A stretch of DNA of 64,000 nt from Eledone cirrhosa (taxonomy: Eukaryota). Location: the NCBI GenBank assembly GCA_964016885.1, contig OZ024742.1:189844001-189908000 (forward strand). The letters are read 5' to 3'. Positions 12,012 to 27,982 of the stretch are shown here, piece after piece (position 1 is the first letter of the stretch; the number at the start of each line of letters is the position of its first letter). The translations under genes were made by a program, and so were the position numbers. Below the pieces are notes generated by a model. The model worked only from the letters and a program-made list of their open reading frames with translations, had not been told where the DNA came from and searched no databases.

Positions 12012-12827
12012 CATCATCATCTATATATATTGTGTATATATATATATATCAAAGTTTTTTATACTGCATGGGACATATCCATTACTGCCACAAATATTTC
12101 TTCAGTATCTATATAATTAGTATTGTAGCAGGTTTAAGGTAAGATGTACAATAAAGGTAATATATACAGGTACAGGTATCATAGTGTGATGGTAAGTTTC
12201 TCAATGAATCACATTTACTTTTTCAATTCCCACTTAATCAACATCAATGCACAATTTACCATTTACCATCCATGAATAAACATCTTAAACTAGGATTCTA
12301 TGTATTACTCTGATATGGATGTTTAGGTGATTTAAGGTAAATTTAATATAAATATAACAACAGTTTTCTTTTTAAATTAGAAACCTTTGCTGTGAAGAGA
12401 ATAAAATGTAATCACTTTTAACTATTCCTCTTTATACATAAAAGCATAAAAGACTACCTTCAGATCTGGAGACAAAAATCTCCAAAATGCATAAAGGTAA
12501 TCTATGTTTTTCTGTGTACAGAAGAATATTTGGCTAACCTCGCTTTAACAGGTAAAATTGGTTTAAAGGGCTTCTTGTTGTAGAGGAATAGTTAAAAGTG
12601 TTTACACTTCATTCTTTTCACAACAAAAGCTTCTTATTAAAAAAAAAATAACTATAGTCATATCTCCATTAAATTTACCTAAAATCTTCAAATATTCACT
12701 GTGATCTAGCATGGACACTAATTACTTCTAGGTGAATTATTTTTTCTGAAACATATTCTAGTATCTCTGTATTTATACTTAATTATAACTACTATAATCT
12801 GAGTGTGTTTAACTGTTCTTTTTAAAC

Positions 12828-12868
<41 letters not shown>

Positions 12869-12926
12869 GTATGTATATATATGAGTATATATATATATGT
12901 ATGTATATATATATACAGTATATATG

Positions 12927-12997
<71 letters not shown>

Positions 12998-13109
12998 TAT
13001 ATGTATATACAGTATATATATATATATATATAAATATAAAAACAAATAACGAAACGAAATTAAATTTCGTTTCGTTTGTATATCACTTTTGTATGACTGA
13101 TGCTTAAAC

Positions 13110-13507
13110 AATTAAGTTAAAAATGTACATCCACATATGTATACTGAAATACTAGTATGCATATGAATACACACACGTATACATATGTAGATGTACGGAT
13201 TTTTTTCACTGGTCACTTTACTGTGAGTGTCCAGCTATTCTGTATGTAAACACACAGACAAACCGGTTTTTAGAGTCATACTGGTTTTTGAGGAAACACC
13301 TTTCCTCTATTCTTCAGAAAGCCAGACAAGGAATATTGAAAATCTAAAAACCGGTTTGTCTGTGTGTTTACATACAGAATAGCTGGACACTCACAGTAAA
13401 GTGACCAGTGAAAAAAATCCGTACATCTACATATGTATACGTGTGTGTATTCATATTCATACTAGTATTTCAGTATACATATGTGGATGTACATTTTTAA
13501 CTTAATT
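13110..13507. repeat. Inverted repeat: 165-bp arms (1 mismatch), 68-nt spacer
   Basis: 13110-13274 is the reverse complement of 13343-13507. Confidence 0.95.
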
Positions 13508-13581
13508 ATATAAATATATATATATATACAGTATAGTTATATATATACAGTATATATATATATATATATATACAGTATATA

Positions 13582-13642
<61 letters not shown>

Positions 13643-13649
13643 ATACTAT

Positions 13650-13718
<69 letters not shown>

Positions 13719-13784
13719 TATATATATGTATATATATAAATATATATACTATATATATGTATATATATAAATATATATACTATA

Positions 13785-13818
<34 letters not shown>

Positions 13819-13852
13819 CATATATATATATAGTATATATATATATATATAG

Positions 13853-13883
<31 letters not shown>

Positions 13884-13984
13884 TATATATATATAGTATA
13901 TATGTATACATACATATATATACTGTATATATAATACGATATATTAACAAATGGAAACTATATTTATAAAACCATATTTATTTC

Positions 13985-14040
13985 ATTATACATATTTCAA
14001 GGACACCAAGTTAAATTATGGTGTGCTTTCATCAGATAAA
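13985..14040 (-). ncRNA. Hammerhead-ribozyme-like motif
   Basis: CTGATGA-aagcacacca[10 nt]tggtgtcctt-GAAA-tatg-TA; stem II 9/10 bp, stem I unclear. Confidence 0.55.
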
Positions 14041-14086
14041 ATATAATATAGATCAGTTTTATAAATAAATATTGACATACCCTATA

Positions 14087-14325
<239 letters not shown>

Positions 14326-14334
14326 TATATACTG

Positions 14335-14375
<41 letters not shown>

Positions 14376-14384
14376 GTATATATG

Positions 14385-14446
<62 letters not shown>

Positions 14447-14486
14447 CATACATATATACTGTATATATATACATACATATATACTG

Positions 14487-14574
<88 letters not shown>

Positions 14575-14575
14575 C

Positions 14576-14606
<31 letters not shown>

Positions 14607-14700
14607 CATATATACATACATATATATATATAAATACATGGATATACATACTGTATATATATATATACTGTATATATATATACATATATATATACATACA

Positions 14701-14747
<47 letters not shown>

Positions 14748-14862
14748 CACCTCTATTTTTTTAATATATATAAATATATATATATATATGCATAGATATA
14801 CTGTATATATATATATATTTATATATATATTATGTGTCTGTGTGTGTATATATATATGTGTG

Positions 14863-14933
<71 letters not shown>

Positions 14934-15034
14934 TAATACATATATATATATATATACATATATGTATATGTGTATTTATATATATATATATGTATATATA
15001 TACCAATACATATATATACATATATGTGTGTGTG

Positions 15035-15086
<52 letters not shown>

Positions 15087-16253
15087 ACATGCACCTAAAG
15101 AAAAAGTATTTTTTCGTAGCTAATCTAATTGTTTATATTTCCAATTTTACTTTAACTTGGTTTCTTTCTCTTGTTCAATCTGTATTGCATTTATGTTAAT
15201 GATACAATCTGCTTTCACCTATCTCTTTTTGCAGAGCCTCATCTACAAGACGGCTCAAACTGTGTGACCTGGTAGATAAGATTTGATACCATTTGATATT
15301 GTTACAGCGTGTATGAATATCAAATATCTAAATATGTTTGAAACATATGCAGTTTTCTATCATATTCCTTTCAATTTATATATAAATATCAATTGATATT
15401 TCTATCTTCTTTGAGCATATAACATTCAATGATATAATTTATATAATGAAAAATCAAGCTTTAATAGTGGATACCATGATTCAGCATTAAATTCTTAATA
15501 ACCTAAGTGTGTAACACAGTTTTTCACCCTTCTTCATTTCCTTCACTAAAGCTCTCTGTAGCTCTAAGATTTCAAGACTCATGAAGAATTTGTTAACATT
15601 CTTCTCTATAAGTTATGTGTCTTCTTTGGTTACATCACTTACTGTAATATTATTCACATACCTCTAAATCATGCTGCATTCAGGCTCATCTTACCAACAT
15701 ATCTATTCTAACTAACTTTATATAAAGTGTTATCATTTTCTCTATAATGTATCTTTACACATCAAATGGGATTACAATATGAATGAGTCAGTGAAGGGCT
15801 ACTTCATCTAAGTGTTGTCAGAAGTTGACACAAAAGTAAGAGATATGGTAGGTGTAGTACTGTAGTCTTGGAGCTTATGTTGAGGATTAATAGTACACAA
15901 AGGTAAGTTCAGTCTAGTAGAGTATTATAAGGTTCCAACTCTAGTACATTCTCCTTTCAAACATTCTCAGAATTTTACTACTTCCAATAAGAAAGCACAT
16001 TAAATGGAACAAAAGTAATGGTATCATTATTGAATATTTAACTGACTTACATCAATCAGTCTTGTTTTAACAACATTTCAACTGTTTTTTGTTCTTATTT
16101 CAATATTATATGAAGACAAATCATCATTGAAAGACATTATACCAGTTACAATTTCACATGTGATGTGTTTTTTTTATCAGAAATACACAAAAATAGAGTG
16201 AAATTCTTAGACTATCATTGAAAGAAATATGTATTAAAAAATGATTACTATCA

Positions 16254-16830
16254 GGTCAGTGGATTGGCAGTATTGGTAGAGCATCAGACATCCTGCTTTG
16301 CTGCATAGAGTTATGGCCCTTTGCGTTCTGAGTTCAAATCCGGCCGAGGTTAGCTTTGTCTTTCATCCTTACAGAGTCGATAAAATAAAGTACCAGTCAT
16401 GCACAGGGGTCAATTTAATCAACTTTCCACCTCCCTAAATTTGCTGACCCTGTGTCTCAATCAGAAATCGTTAAAGGGTGGTAGATTGGCAGTAATGGTA
16501 GAGGGTAAGACGCCATGCTTTCCAGCATAGAGTTACAACCCTTTACGGTTCGAGTTCAAATCCCGCCAAGGTTAACTTTGCCTTTCATCCTTTTTGATAA
16601 AATAAAGTACCATTAATGCACTGGGGTAATTGCTGGACTTGTGCCAAAAGTAGAAACAATTATTATTATTATTACTTTTCTTAAGGTTGGTGGATTGGTA
16701 GAAACATTAGAGCAATGGACAGAATGCCTATTGGTATTTTTAGTTCTAGTGCTTTATGTACCCTTTTGTCTTTCATCCTTCTGTGAGAATAAAGTACCAG
16801 TTAAATACTGGGATCAATTTAACTTTTATC
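16254..16830 (+). mobile_element. Three tandem SINE A copies (16254-16472, 16476-16670, degraded 16683-16830)
   Basis: Three heads (ggattggca/ggattggta) each followed by the ctttcatcc...aaagtacca core. Confidence 0.85.
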
Positions 16831-16879
16831 ATGCTAATAATTTTATGAGTTGTTTACCCTGACACTGCATTAACTATTA

Positions 16880-17442
16880 ACTATTGCTCTATGGCCCCCT
16901 ATGTCATCAACAGTCCATTAAAGGTTAAATGAATTTTGGCTATCCAGGCTTATATTTTCCACATGATGTCCATCTTAATGCTACCACTGGTATCATATCG
17001 TGGTACATTCCAGTATGATACCTAACCAACTGAGATGTTGGCATTTTGTTTCGAGAAGCACACTATTACAATCACTTTTGCAGTACAACTCCTTATTTGA
17101 AGTTTTGTTGGACCAAAAGATGTAGCAGATTTTCCTCAGGCACTCGTTGTAGAAAGCATTGGTCTTATTCATGTCATTTTAAACAATTCTGAGTCATACA
17201 TTAGGACAGATTTGACATTGCTTTTAAATTTTAATCCTAAGACTGTACTGCCGAGACTTCCAAATTGGCTGAAGTCCTGCAAACATTCAACAAATTTTGG
17301 TAAGCCTTGTTTGGATGTCCTTATTCAGCCCCATTAATTTTACTGGTATGTAACATCCTCCACACAGTCTAGTGGCTCACCTTGTCAGTGATAGAAGCAG
17401 TGTTGCTGGAGTTTATGCACATGACATATTTTTGAGCTATTG
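16880..17442 (-). mobile_element. Degraded RTE-type RT C-terminal relic
   Basis: Reverse strand gives GEPLDCVED, LQPIWKSRQYS, KSNVKSVLMY, CLRKICYIFW across frameshifts. Confidence 0.7.
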
Positions 17443-17559
17443 ATCATCATCATCATCATCATCATCGTTACTTGGAATCTTGTTCAGAAATCAGTTTTCT
17501 CATGTACAGGATCTCGTTTAAGGAAAATTAGAATACTCCTCATTAATATTTTAATTAAT

Positions 17560-17590
17560 TTGTTATTTATTTTTACCTTTGTAGTTCTAT
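17560..17590 (+). other. Putative splice acceptor opening a terminal 3'-UTR exon (start 17585)
   Basis: ttatttatttttacctttgtag|ttc; downstream sequence is unique, A-tract rich and LINE-poor for ~16 kb. Confidence 0.4.
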
Positions 17591-18639
17591 TGTTTAAGCT
17601 CATATTTCAATAAGTACCATTATATTTCCACAGGAAAGGTTTAACCTAACATTTTGCTGCCTCAGATTTGCCACAGATGCTGTCAAGACGCAGAAAGAGA
17701 TGTTTGTGAAAAAAAAAACCTTGTTCTCGTGACAGACAGTAAAAAAAAAAGAAACTGATGCTGCACAGTGTGTGTAGTATTTACTTAACATGTGATATTT
17801 TAGAGCCAACAACAAAAACAACAACAACAACAATAACACACTGTCTGCAACACCACCAGCTAAATGGAATGACACAACTCAACTGTCACAATGAAAAGGT
17901 TTTAAAAAAAACAACAACAACAACAACAAAACTTGCTAATGAAAAAGAAATTGGAAAACAAACGAAGAAGAATATGAAAATTGAGTGCTTCCCCCACACA
18001 GCAAAAGAATTATATATGGATTCACAAGTGTTATATGTGCAAAAGTGAAACTTAGTGTCAGTGTTCTGGCACTATTTCATGGAGTCTATGATTCTTGCAA
18101 AAAAAAAAAATAATAATAATAAAAAATAAAAAGGGAATTCTCTTGATTTTGTGAAGGGCACCTGTTTGTATGTAAATCATATTTGGCTGAGAAAAGCAAA
18201 GGGAAAAAAGAAAGAAAACTTTTTAAATGTTCACTTTGAGGACCATCCGTTAATCTTGCAAACCTAAAACAAAAGTGAAAACAAACACAAAAGACATTTT
18301 TTTAATAGTAGTTTTTAGATACAATTTTTGCCTTTTATTTGAGTTTTTTTATTTTTTTTATTTATTTATAGTACAAAAAAAAGTTTATCGACAACCTTGG
18401 GTTTAATAGTGATGGGCAGGGTAAGACGTGATTTTTTGTATTTACCTTTGGGATGGGGGATTTTTTATAAACAAAACATGTTTAATTATATTTCTGACTT
18501 ATTAGGAGTCTAAGTTGATAAATAGTAAAAGGCAACTTTTACTTAAATTTACACTATACATACCAGCAATGTCCAGATTATTATATATTGTATTATATTA
18601 TATTACATTATTTTGCTTCATTTTGCAAAGATTCTAGAC

Positions 18640-18881
18640 ACATATATATATATATATATATATTCAATATATATGCATATATGTATATATGAATATATGC
18701 GTGTAAATATATATATACATATATGTATATATATACATATATGTATATATATGTATATGTATGTATATATATGCATATATATATATGTATATGTATGTAT
18801 ATTTATGCATATATATGTATGTATATGTATGTATATATATGCATATATATATATATATATGTATATGTATGTATATATATA

Positions 18882-18916
<35 letters not shown>

Positions 18917-19781
18917 ATACATACATATATATACATTCATATATACATACATATATATATATGCATATATATATATTCATACATACATACGTATGTCAGT
19001 TAAGTAAAAGTATTATTACAAGTGATAATAATAATATATTTTGAAATTTTATTTTCTTGCAACTCTTCTAGTTATGGTTCATTTCACACCTTAAGATACA
19101 AAAACAAATAATATCTTGAATAGGAAAAATGATGGAATGGATCATTCCTAGAATGAAATAATTAAAACAAAAAATTGTTTAAGAAAAATATTTGAAGGTA
19201 AACTTTTTCTACTTGTGTCATATAAGCTTCCTTCTTTTTTGTATTCAGAAAATTTTATATTTTTTGGTAAAAAAAACATTATTTATGAACAGATAAAAGG
19301 GGGTTTAAGCATGCACAAAAGCAAATAGATTGATATTAAAAATTTAAAAAAAGTAAAGAGATTTGAGTGTAAAAATGAAATTTGTTTGAACCAACATTAA
19401 CAAGGTTTTATGTATATTTTCATTTCAAACCAATGCCAGACTAATATCATATCTCAGGTATTTCAGTGTGTTTTTTATGCTAAATCTGGCTATTTGGAAA
19501 AAAACAAAATCTTCATTTCTCTATTCTTGTTTAGTATTATTTAAAATGCCATTTTTGATTTTGGTAAATACTATTACATATGTTTTCACAAGTACAATGT
19601 AGCGTATGTAGGTGTGTGTGTAAATAGATATATGTGTATAGATGAGTGTGTGTGTAGGTGTATGTATATTTACATACTATATATATATATATATATACAT
19701 ACGTATATACATGGAAATATATATACACATATAACTATTATATATATAAGTATGTATACATATATATATGTATATATGTGT

Positions 19782-19826
<45 letters not shown>

Positions 19827-19925
19827 TATATATATATACATATATATATATGCATATATATATATGCATATTTGTGTATATATATATACACACACACCTG
19901 TACACACTTATACCCATACACACAT
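18640..19925. repeat. Compound TA/TG microsatellites (18640-18995, 19605-19925)
   Basis: Direct inspection. Confidence 0.9.
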
Positions 19926-21625
19926 AAAGATATAAAAATTATTTAGCATCCATGTGAGTAAACTTTTTGGGTATCTTGAACATATGTGTGGATGTGGTGT
20001 ACCAACCATTGGCTGAAAAAACTCGTTTATGATAGAGGCTAGTATATATATACAAAGTTCCGTGAAGTAGTTAAATGTTTTCAGTATTGTTAGTCATAGT
20101 AATTTCAGAAAAAATGGGAAAATGCTTTGTTTTGTTTGTGTTCTTCAGTTCCAATCTTCAAACCTCTACATCTGCATATATAGGAATCTAATAGCTAACC
20201 ACAACACCATATTTATAACAGTATAAAATCAGAGTAGTGAAGAAGTGTGTCGATAATTTTCATACAAATGTTTACAGATTTGCAACAGGGGCTCTGTTGT
20301 TGTTTGCCTTAATTGCTGGTATATATACCAGATTCATTATCTACATAAGTATATATAAACATGTCTAGGAGAATATATATGCATAAGTATGGAATGTGTT
20401 TGTCTGGGAAATGTTACAGCAGCTAAAATTATTTGTCTCTCCTCCTCACCACAGGTCATTTTTACCTTTATGTGCATGTATATGATATATATATATATAT
20501 ATATGTCCATATATATATATATATGTCCATATATATATATATATAAATTATATACATACATATTTACAAACATATATTTATACACACATATATGTGTGTG
20601 TGAACATGTGTTTATATGTGTGTACATGTGTGACTGAGGCAGCGATGGGTTCATTCTCTCTGCATTACCTTTGGCATTGTCATAAATATGAAGGCTGAAA
20701 TAATTGTTTTTCTATTTTGTTTATTTAATGAATACATGACATATGAAGATACTACTTTTAACTATTATTTATAGCATTATATATTGATATGATTATTTTT
20801 AAGGCTATAGATGGGCCTGTAGATCAAAATATCATTTTAGTTAATACTCATAGCTAATGATTAAGAGTGCTGTCTATAATTTTATCTAACTGATAAGGAT
20901 TTCGTATTATTTAATGTTGAAAAATATATATCCAAAGTACCTTAAGTAGTTGGATAAAGAAGCATCATTTTTCATCAAGATTAAACTTAAATAAGATAAA
21001 AAGAAATTTAGTAAACCTTATATAAATCAGTGCAGATGTGTAGATAATGAAGACTACATGGTTTGAAGTTAAATAATAGTATGCAATGTTGGAACAAAAA
21101 TAATTATACAGAAAACCACTCTACATATTCCTGTTGTAGTCCTTGCTAGAACCTGTTGGTATATTTTTTCTGTGCCTTCCTCTGCTAGCCACATGAAGCA
21201 ACACCCAAGTACAATGGTCATTTATTTATCATTGACTGCTACAACATTAGCTTGAAAAACACTTTTTGAAAAAAAAAATAATTACTATAAATCACTATAA
21301 AGATTGGATGCTCTTGTTGGTAGATAGTCCATGGAGAAATTATTTGTTATTTTCTTGTCACCTTTAAGTAGATTGCTTATAATTTCAGACAATTCTACCA
21401 CAAAAAATATTCTCTAAAACAAAAAATGAAAATGAAAACAACAGTCTTTATTTTATATTTATTAATGTTAGTTTATTGGGGTTCTTTTACATTAAACTGG
21501 ATTCAAAATTACAACTTATTATTATTTTTTTTTTTATTGACAATAACAGTACTCTAGATTTGTTTGCAAAAGTTACCTGGCTTGCTGGCTTAGAGAGAAA
21601 AAATCAAAGGTGAAAATTTTAGAAT

Positions 21626-21714
<89 letters not shown>

Positions 21715-21893
21715 GAGTTTTGGGGATGTCTGTTGATGTCTTAAATATATAGAGATAAATTATTTTTACATTATTAATACATGAGTAAAACAAAACGTTT
21801 AACATCAAAAAACCAAAGGTTGTCGATGCTTAATTATTTCCAAGTAAAATTATTATTTCTGATGTTTTTTTTCACTATAACTTTATACAGAAA

Positions 21894-21940
<47 letters not shown>

Positions 21941-22086
21941 GTTGTTGTTGTTATCATTATTATTAATAGATTAAGTGTCACTTAAACAGATTGTTTCATT
22001 TATTTTTACATGCATAAGAAAAAGTGTGAAAAAAATTATAAACACTGCAAAATAACAAAACAAAACTTTCAATGCTCCTGAATACT

Positions 22087-22119
<33 letters not shown>

Positions 22120-22945
22120 GTGTACAAAGACACTACAACTAAACAGAAGAGTTTACACAACCAAAATTAAGTAAAACAGGTGCTTGAACTTGTGGAATTC
22201 TAAGTGAAGCGATAAACTGATATTAAAAAGGTAGGGGCCAATAACAATGCTCATATGGCCCCCACTAAAATAGCTCGTAGTTAGAGCCAAAATAAGCATG
22301 TTGCTTATTAGACAGCAAAAAGAGGTAAGCAAGTCAGCAGTCTATCTGCTGAATGTTTGTTAAAAAAAATGCTTGGTTGCTTGCAATGCAAGGTTTCATC
22401 AAGTTTATACTAATTATAAATATTGTTATTGTTGTTGTTATGTTTATGATTATTAATATGATTATTATTATTATTATTAATATTATCACTGTCATTATTA
22501 ATATTATTACTATTATTATTATTACTATTATCACCATTATTATTATTATAACCCTCACTACCAACACCAATACTATCATCATCATCGACATCATCATCAT
22601 CATCATCAAACATCATATTCTTTATAATTTTAATAAGCAAACTTGATTTACACAAAATGTAAGGAAATTTAGTTTATATATATATTATCTAATTTTTTCT
22701 TGTGAATAGAAAAAAAAATGAAAAAAAAACATCAATCTTTTGGTTTATTTAGATGAAAACTTTTCATTTTATGAACAATAATCAATTATTAAGATATTTA
22801 ATTAGACTTCAATCTTTTTCTTCTCGCATACATTATTCTATGTAATGTGCAATTGAGAAAAAGAAAATGATTAATGTAAAGTATTAAAAAGAAATTTGGG
22901 GGTTTTGATATCTGGCAGCTGTTCTTTTTTTATTTTTTTATTCTA

Positions 22946-22981
<36 letters not shown>

Positions 22982-24872
22982 TCATTATTATTATTTGAAA
23001 CTATTATGTTTTGACCTGTGACAATAATTTGGTAATTTCTATCTCAATTTAATGACACTTAAAAAAATCTAGTTGAATTTTTCTTCACATTGTCTTCCTT
23101 TTGACTAAATAAATATATAATCAAACAAAAAAGATTATCTTAAGAGAATTGATGTGAAATTAATTCAACATATATATAGTATACTGCTTGGGGATTTTTG
23201 GTAGTCTTTCATGTACTATGAACAAATCTAGTATCCATTGTGGCCATGGATTACGTTGATAATTCAAGAAGTCATGAAACCAGTTTCCCAAAGCATAAAA
23301 TATTATTGGATTTTAGTGTTTAAAAACAAACAAACAAACATTGTCTTAAATAAATTCAAAATCCTTAACACTATGCTTATATATTACACATAATTATTAT
23401 GTGTAAATTCATTGCATTTGAACAATCTAAAACACATATTATAAATACTCTTTCCATATTGTTTCTTTCTTTCTTTCAATATTTAGGAAATTTTAAGGGC
23501 TGCATCCAAGTTTCTTTAGAAAGAAATACACCTTACTAAAAGTTAGTAAATATACTTGTATATATATATATATACATAATTATAAACATATACATACACA
23601 CACATATATATATATATCCTAGAATAGTATGAATAGTAATTTAGATATGCCATAATACTACAACATCCACATGCATGTATGGAGCATTTCTGCTATTTCT
23701 GCTTGCTTGTGGTATTGCAAAGGGAAAAACAAAAGTCAATAAATATGTCTTGATTTACAAAAAAAACAAGCTTTAAATAGTAGATTTTATTATTTTTAAA
23801 AGACCAAATAACTAAACAAGCAAAAAAAAAAAAAACTCAGAATACAAAATTTTAGATGAGTGTCACTTTCTAAAAACTCTGTTTTGAATGGCAAGATTTA
23901 AAGAAACGTTTCTGTGTATTGATTAGTTAGCATACTAATTTATTGTAGGGACGTTGATGAAATAAATAACATCTATTTCAAAGTTATGGATACGAATTTA
24001 ATGATAATATATGAAAAAGTTGACAATAACATCAAATATATATGAAAAAAAAATGAAATGGCCAACCTAGTTTATAATAATAAAATGTATGTGTGTGTAT
24101 ATATATATATATATATATTTATGCATACATAATAGGAAATCTTCTCTGTCTGAATCAATACTGAAGAATATCTTTCTTTCTATCTTGTCATTCTATATAT
24201 GGTTGTTTTCTTTGAAGTAACTCACTAACTTCTTTGCTAAACTATTTGCTAGCTTAGTAACATTTTTGTGACTTTTGTGAAGGATTATTATAGAAATAGT
24301 ATCTGTAGAATATTAAAAACCATGCGATGTTACAATTCAGTTAAATTCCTTTCCTAGTTTAATCACTGGTCTGAATCAACAAAGCCCAAATATTGGAATG
24401 CTTATGTATGGCTGTTAGTTGAATTCTTTTAAAAACAATCCAAGACATTTCTATGGATATTAAGCAAAAAAAAAAACATGTATCAAAAAATTCTAATCAA
24501 ATAAAATAGAAATCAGTTTAGTATTTGGAAATTATAAACCCTTATTCTTTATTATATATTTTTCAAGACTTATAATTAAATCTAAAATATTTAGTTTACA
24601 AGACAAATGGCTTTTTACGTTTTTTTTTTTGTTTTTGTTTTTTTTATTTGTTTGAAAATAGCTTATAATGTGAAGCTGGGCTTTGCTAGCAGCTGGCATT
24701 TACTTTTTAAAAAAATCTATTTAGTCTAGTATATGCCATGTCAAATATATGATTCAATAAACTCTAATTTCCAAAATTCAACTTAAGGCTCAATCTGTTT
24801 TTTTATTACTTTTTCATAACCTTTCATTGGAATTACTGTTATCAGCAATATTAAAATTTAGCAGTATTAAAG

Positions 24873-24925
<53 letters not shown>

Positions 24926-25056
24926 CAGCTTATTTCATTAAGTGCTAATACAAAATTATCATCATTACATATTATTATTATTATTATCATTATTATAAGT
25001 GATATTGTTTTATATAATAATATACTGCAATCATTATTGTCTGTTCTGTCAGACAA

Positions 25057-25164
<108 letters not shown>

Positions 25165-25189
25165 TATGAATCATTTCTTTAACACTTTC

Positions 25190-25335
25190 TATCTACTACT
25201 TCTACTAATACTTCTACTAATACTTCTTCTACTACTACTTCTACTACTACTATTACTACTACTATACTAATACTACTACTACTACTTCTACTACTACTAC
25301 TACTTCTACTACTACTGCTACTACTGCTGCTGCTG
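25190..25335. repeat. (CTA)n/(CTG)n microsatellite
   Basis: Direct inspection. Confidence 0.9.
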
Positions 25336-25531
25336 TTTTGTTATTGGATTTGTGCCAGTCCAGAAATATTTGCTGTGCTGTGGTTATTCTGTGTCATATA
25401 AACTTGATGCTTTAGAATTAGGTAGAGATTCAGCTGCTATTTACTAATTGACAATATTTCCATCAACATATTATGGGGCAATGACATCATTATTATGATC
25501 ATTATCATTATTATTATCATTATTATTATAA

Positions 25532-25730
25532 AGGGCGGTGGATTGGCACAATCGTTAGAGTGTTGGAGAAAACACTCTCTACGTCCTGAGTTCAAATTCC
25601 GCCAAGGTCTACTTCGCCTTTCATCCTTTTGGGGTCGATAAAATAAAGTACCAGTCATGTACTGGGGTCAATGTAATGACTTTTCCCCTCCCCACAAATT
25701 GTTGGCCTTGTGCCTAAAACCAGAAACCAT
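25532..25730 (+). mobile_element. SINE A within an (ATT)n tract
   Basis: ggcggtggattggcac...gcctttcatccttttggggtcgataaaataaagtaccag. Confidence 0.85.
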
Positions 25731-25920
25731 TATTATTATTGTTATTATTATTATTATTGTTATTATTACAATTATCATTATTATTATCCATAACACAAAC
25801 AGATATTGTGCAACTTTTTTTACAATCCCAGAAATGAGTCATAACCAATGACCAAGGATCATTTGGGATTCTTTCATCAGCTCAATTTTGGAGCATTTTC
25901 CTTAGGATCCTTGCCGTTCC

Positions 25921-25965
<45 letters not shown>

Positions 25966-26457
25966 TTGTTGTTGTTATCATTATTTTATCATTATTATAA
26001 AAGCAGCTAGCTGTGTTTGTTCTTTTATTTCATCAATGCTGCCCAGATTTGCCACATTGAGCACAGACAAATTTCCTTTATATCCAAGTAAAGCTGCTGT
26101 CATCATCGTCAGTTTTTGCAACATTCCAAATAAAGGAAAACTTAAATTTTGCCTTTGTCAATATTTTTTTAAACTTTCATTTCTTCCTTTCTAGTTAAAT
26201 TATTTTATAATAAAAACTTACATTATGCTAATTATTGCATAATAAAACATTAAATTTAATAATATTAAGTAATATTTTTTTTTAAAAGCAGTTGACTTAA
26301 GAAGCATTAAGAAATTTTGAAATTTGGAATGTGTGACCTACGATAAATGACCATATTATTATGTTCAATTTCATTGAAGTGCACACACTTGAATTTTAAG
26401 ATATTTAAAAATAAATCTAAACTCCATTGTTGTTTGAATTTTTTGAAAGCATAATTA

Positions 26458-26515
<58 letters not shown>
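26458..26515. repeat. (AAT)n microsatellite
   Basis: Direct inspection. Confidence 0.95.
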
Positions 26516-27215
26516 GGTGTTTAATTAATAATAAGATTTGGGTTTATTTTTCTATGCATATCAAAAGTTACAAGGAAATAATCTTTTTACTGTGTCTATT
26601 GTATATAAAAATAGGCATTTTTTTAAAATTTACATTGAAATGCCAATTCCCTTTCCTACTATTGGCTGGTAATAGATTAAAATATCTAACTTAATTAGTT
26701 GATATCAAAGTTTACATATTTCTTCTGATTTATGTATATAGCGCCTGTGGCTGATTGATTTCATCAAGATAATAATCTTACTATAACAAAAATTAAATAA
26801 GAAATATATATATAAAAACACTACTACTACTACTACTACTTCTACTACTACTACTACTAATAATAATAATAATAATAATGATAACAATAATAATAACAAT
26901 AATGATAATAAAACAAGAAAGACCAATAGCTAAACATCAGAGTTTAATCTGCTTTGGGTTTGACCTGTCCTCTAATTAATTAATTAATTAATTAATTATA
27001 CCTGTGATTTGCAACATTTTTTTCTACTAATAAATTGAGAGAAGAATGAATGTGTGTTAAATAATTGTAAAAATGAAAACATAACATTAGGCTAGTTTCC
27101 TTCGCTCTCTTCTTGCTAACAAAAAAAATAATAAATAATAAAAAATATATATTAAAAACAACAATAAAAAATAAATAAATAAAATTTCCAAAAAATATAT
27201 AAACAAAAATAATCG

Positions 27216-27268
<53 letters not shown>

Positions 27269-27348
27269 CATATATATATGTAAATACAATATATATAAAT
27301 GCATACACACACACACATATATATATATATATACATATATATGTATAT

Positions 27349-27397
<49 letters not shown>

Positions 27398-27474
27398 CAT
27401 ATATATATATGTATATATAATCATTAATACAATATCCTATAGTTCAAATAATAAATCTCCCCACCCCTCTCTAG

Positions 27475-27520
<46 letters not shown>

Positions 27521-27765
27521 CAATATATCTGCTTGGAGACTTCGTTTTTTTATGTGTTTTCTGTTTTGATTTTTACAATGAGACAAAATAAAAAATATTT
27601 ATACTGTTGGTTTGATGATGGTGCTGACAGGACAATAGCAGCTAGGTGCACTGATTTTGCCAAATTATGATTTATTTTTAAAATAATCTTTGGTTTTATA
27701 TAAATGTGTGAGTTATTTTCATTATTATTATCATTTTCATTGTTATTATTACTATTGTTATTATA

Positions 27766-27982
27766 AGGGCGGTTGATTAGCAGAATCATGAGAGTGTTGA
27801 ACAAAATGGTATGTAGTATTTGTTTACAGCTCTTTATGTTCTGAATTCAAATCCTGCTGAGGTTAACTTTGCCTTTCATCCTTCCAAGGTCGATAAAATA
27901 AAGTACCAGTGAAGAACTGGGGTCTATATAATCGATTTTTCCATCCTGCAAATTGCTGGCCTTGTGCCAAAATTAGAAACCA
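27766..27982 (+). mobile_element. SINE A within an (ATT)n tract
   Basis: Same diagnostic core and tail. Confidence 0.85.

Noticed and set aside
22334-22655. Poly-Ile / poly-Asn ORFs
   Set aside because: (ATT)n/(CAT)n trinucleotide repeats
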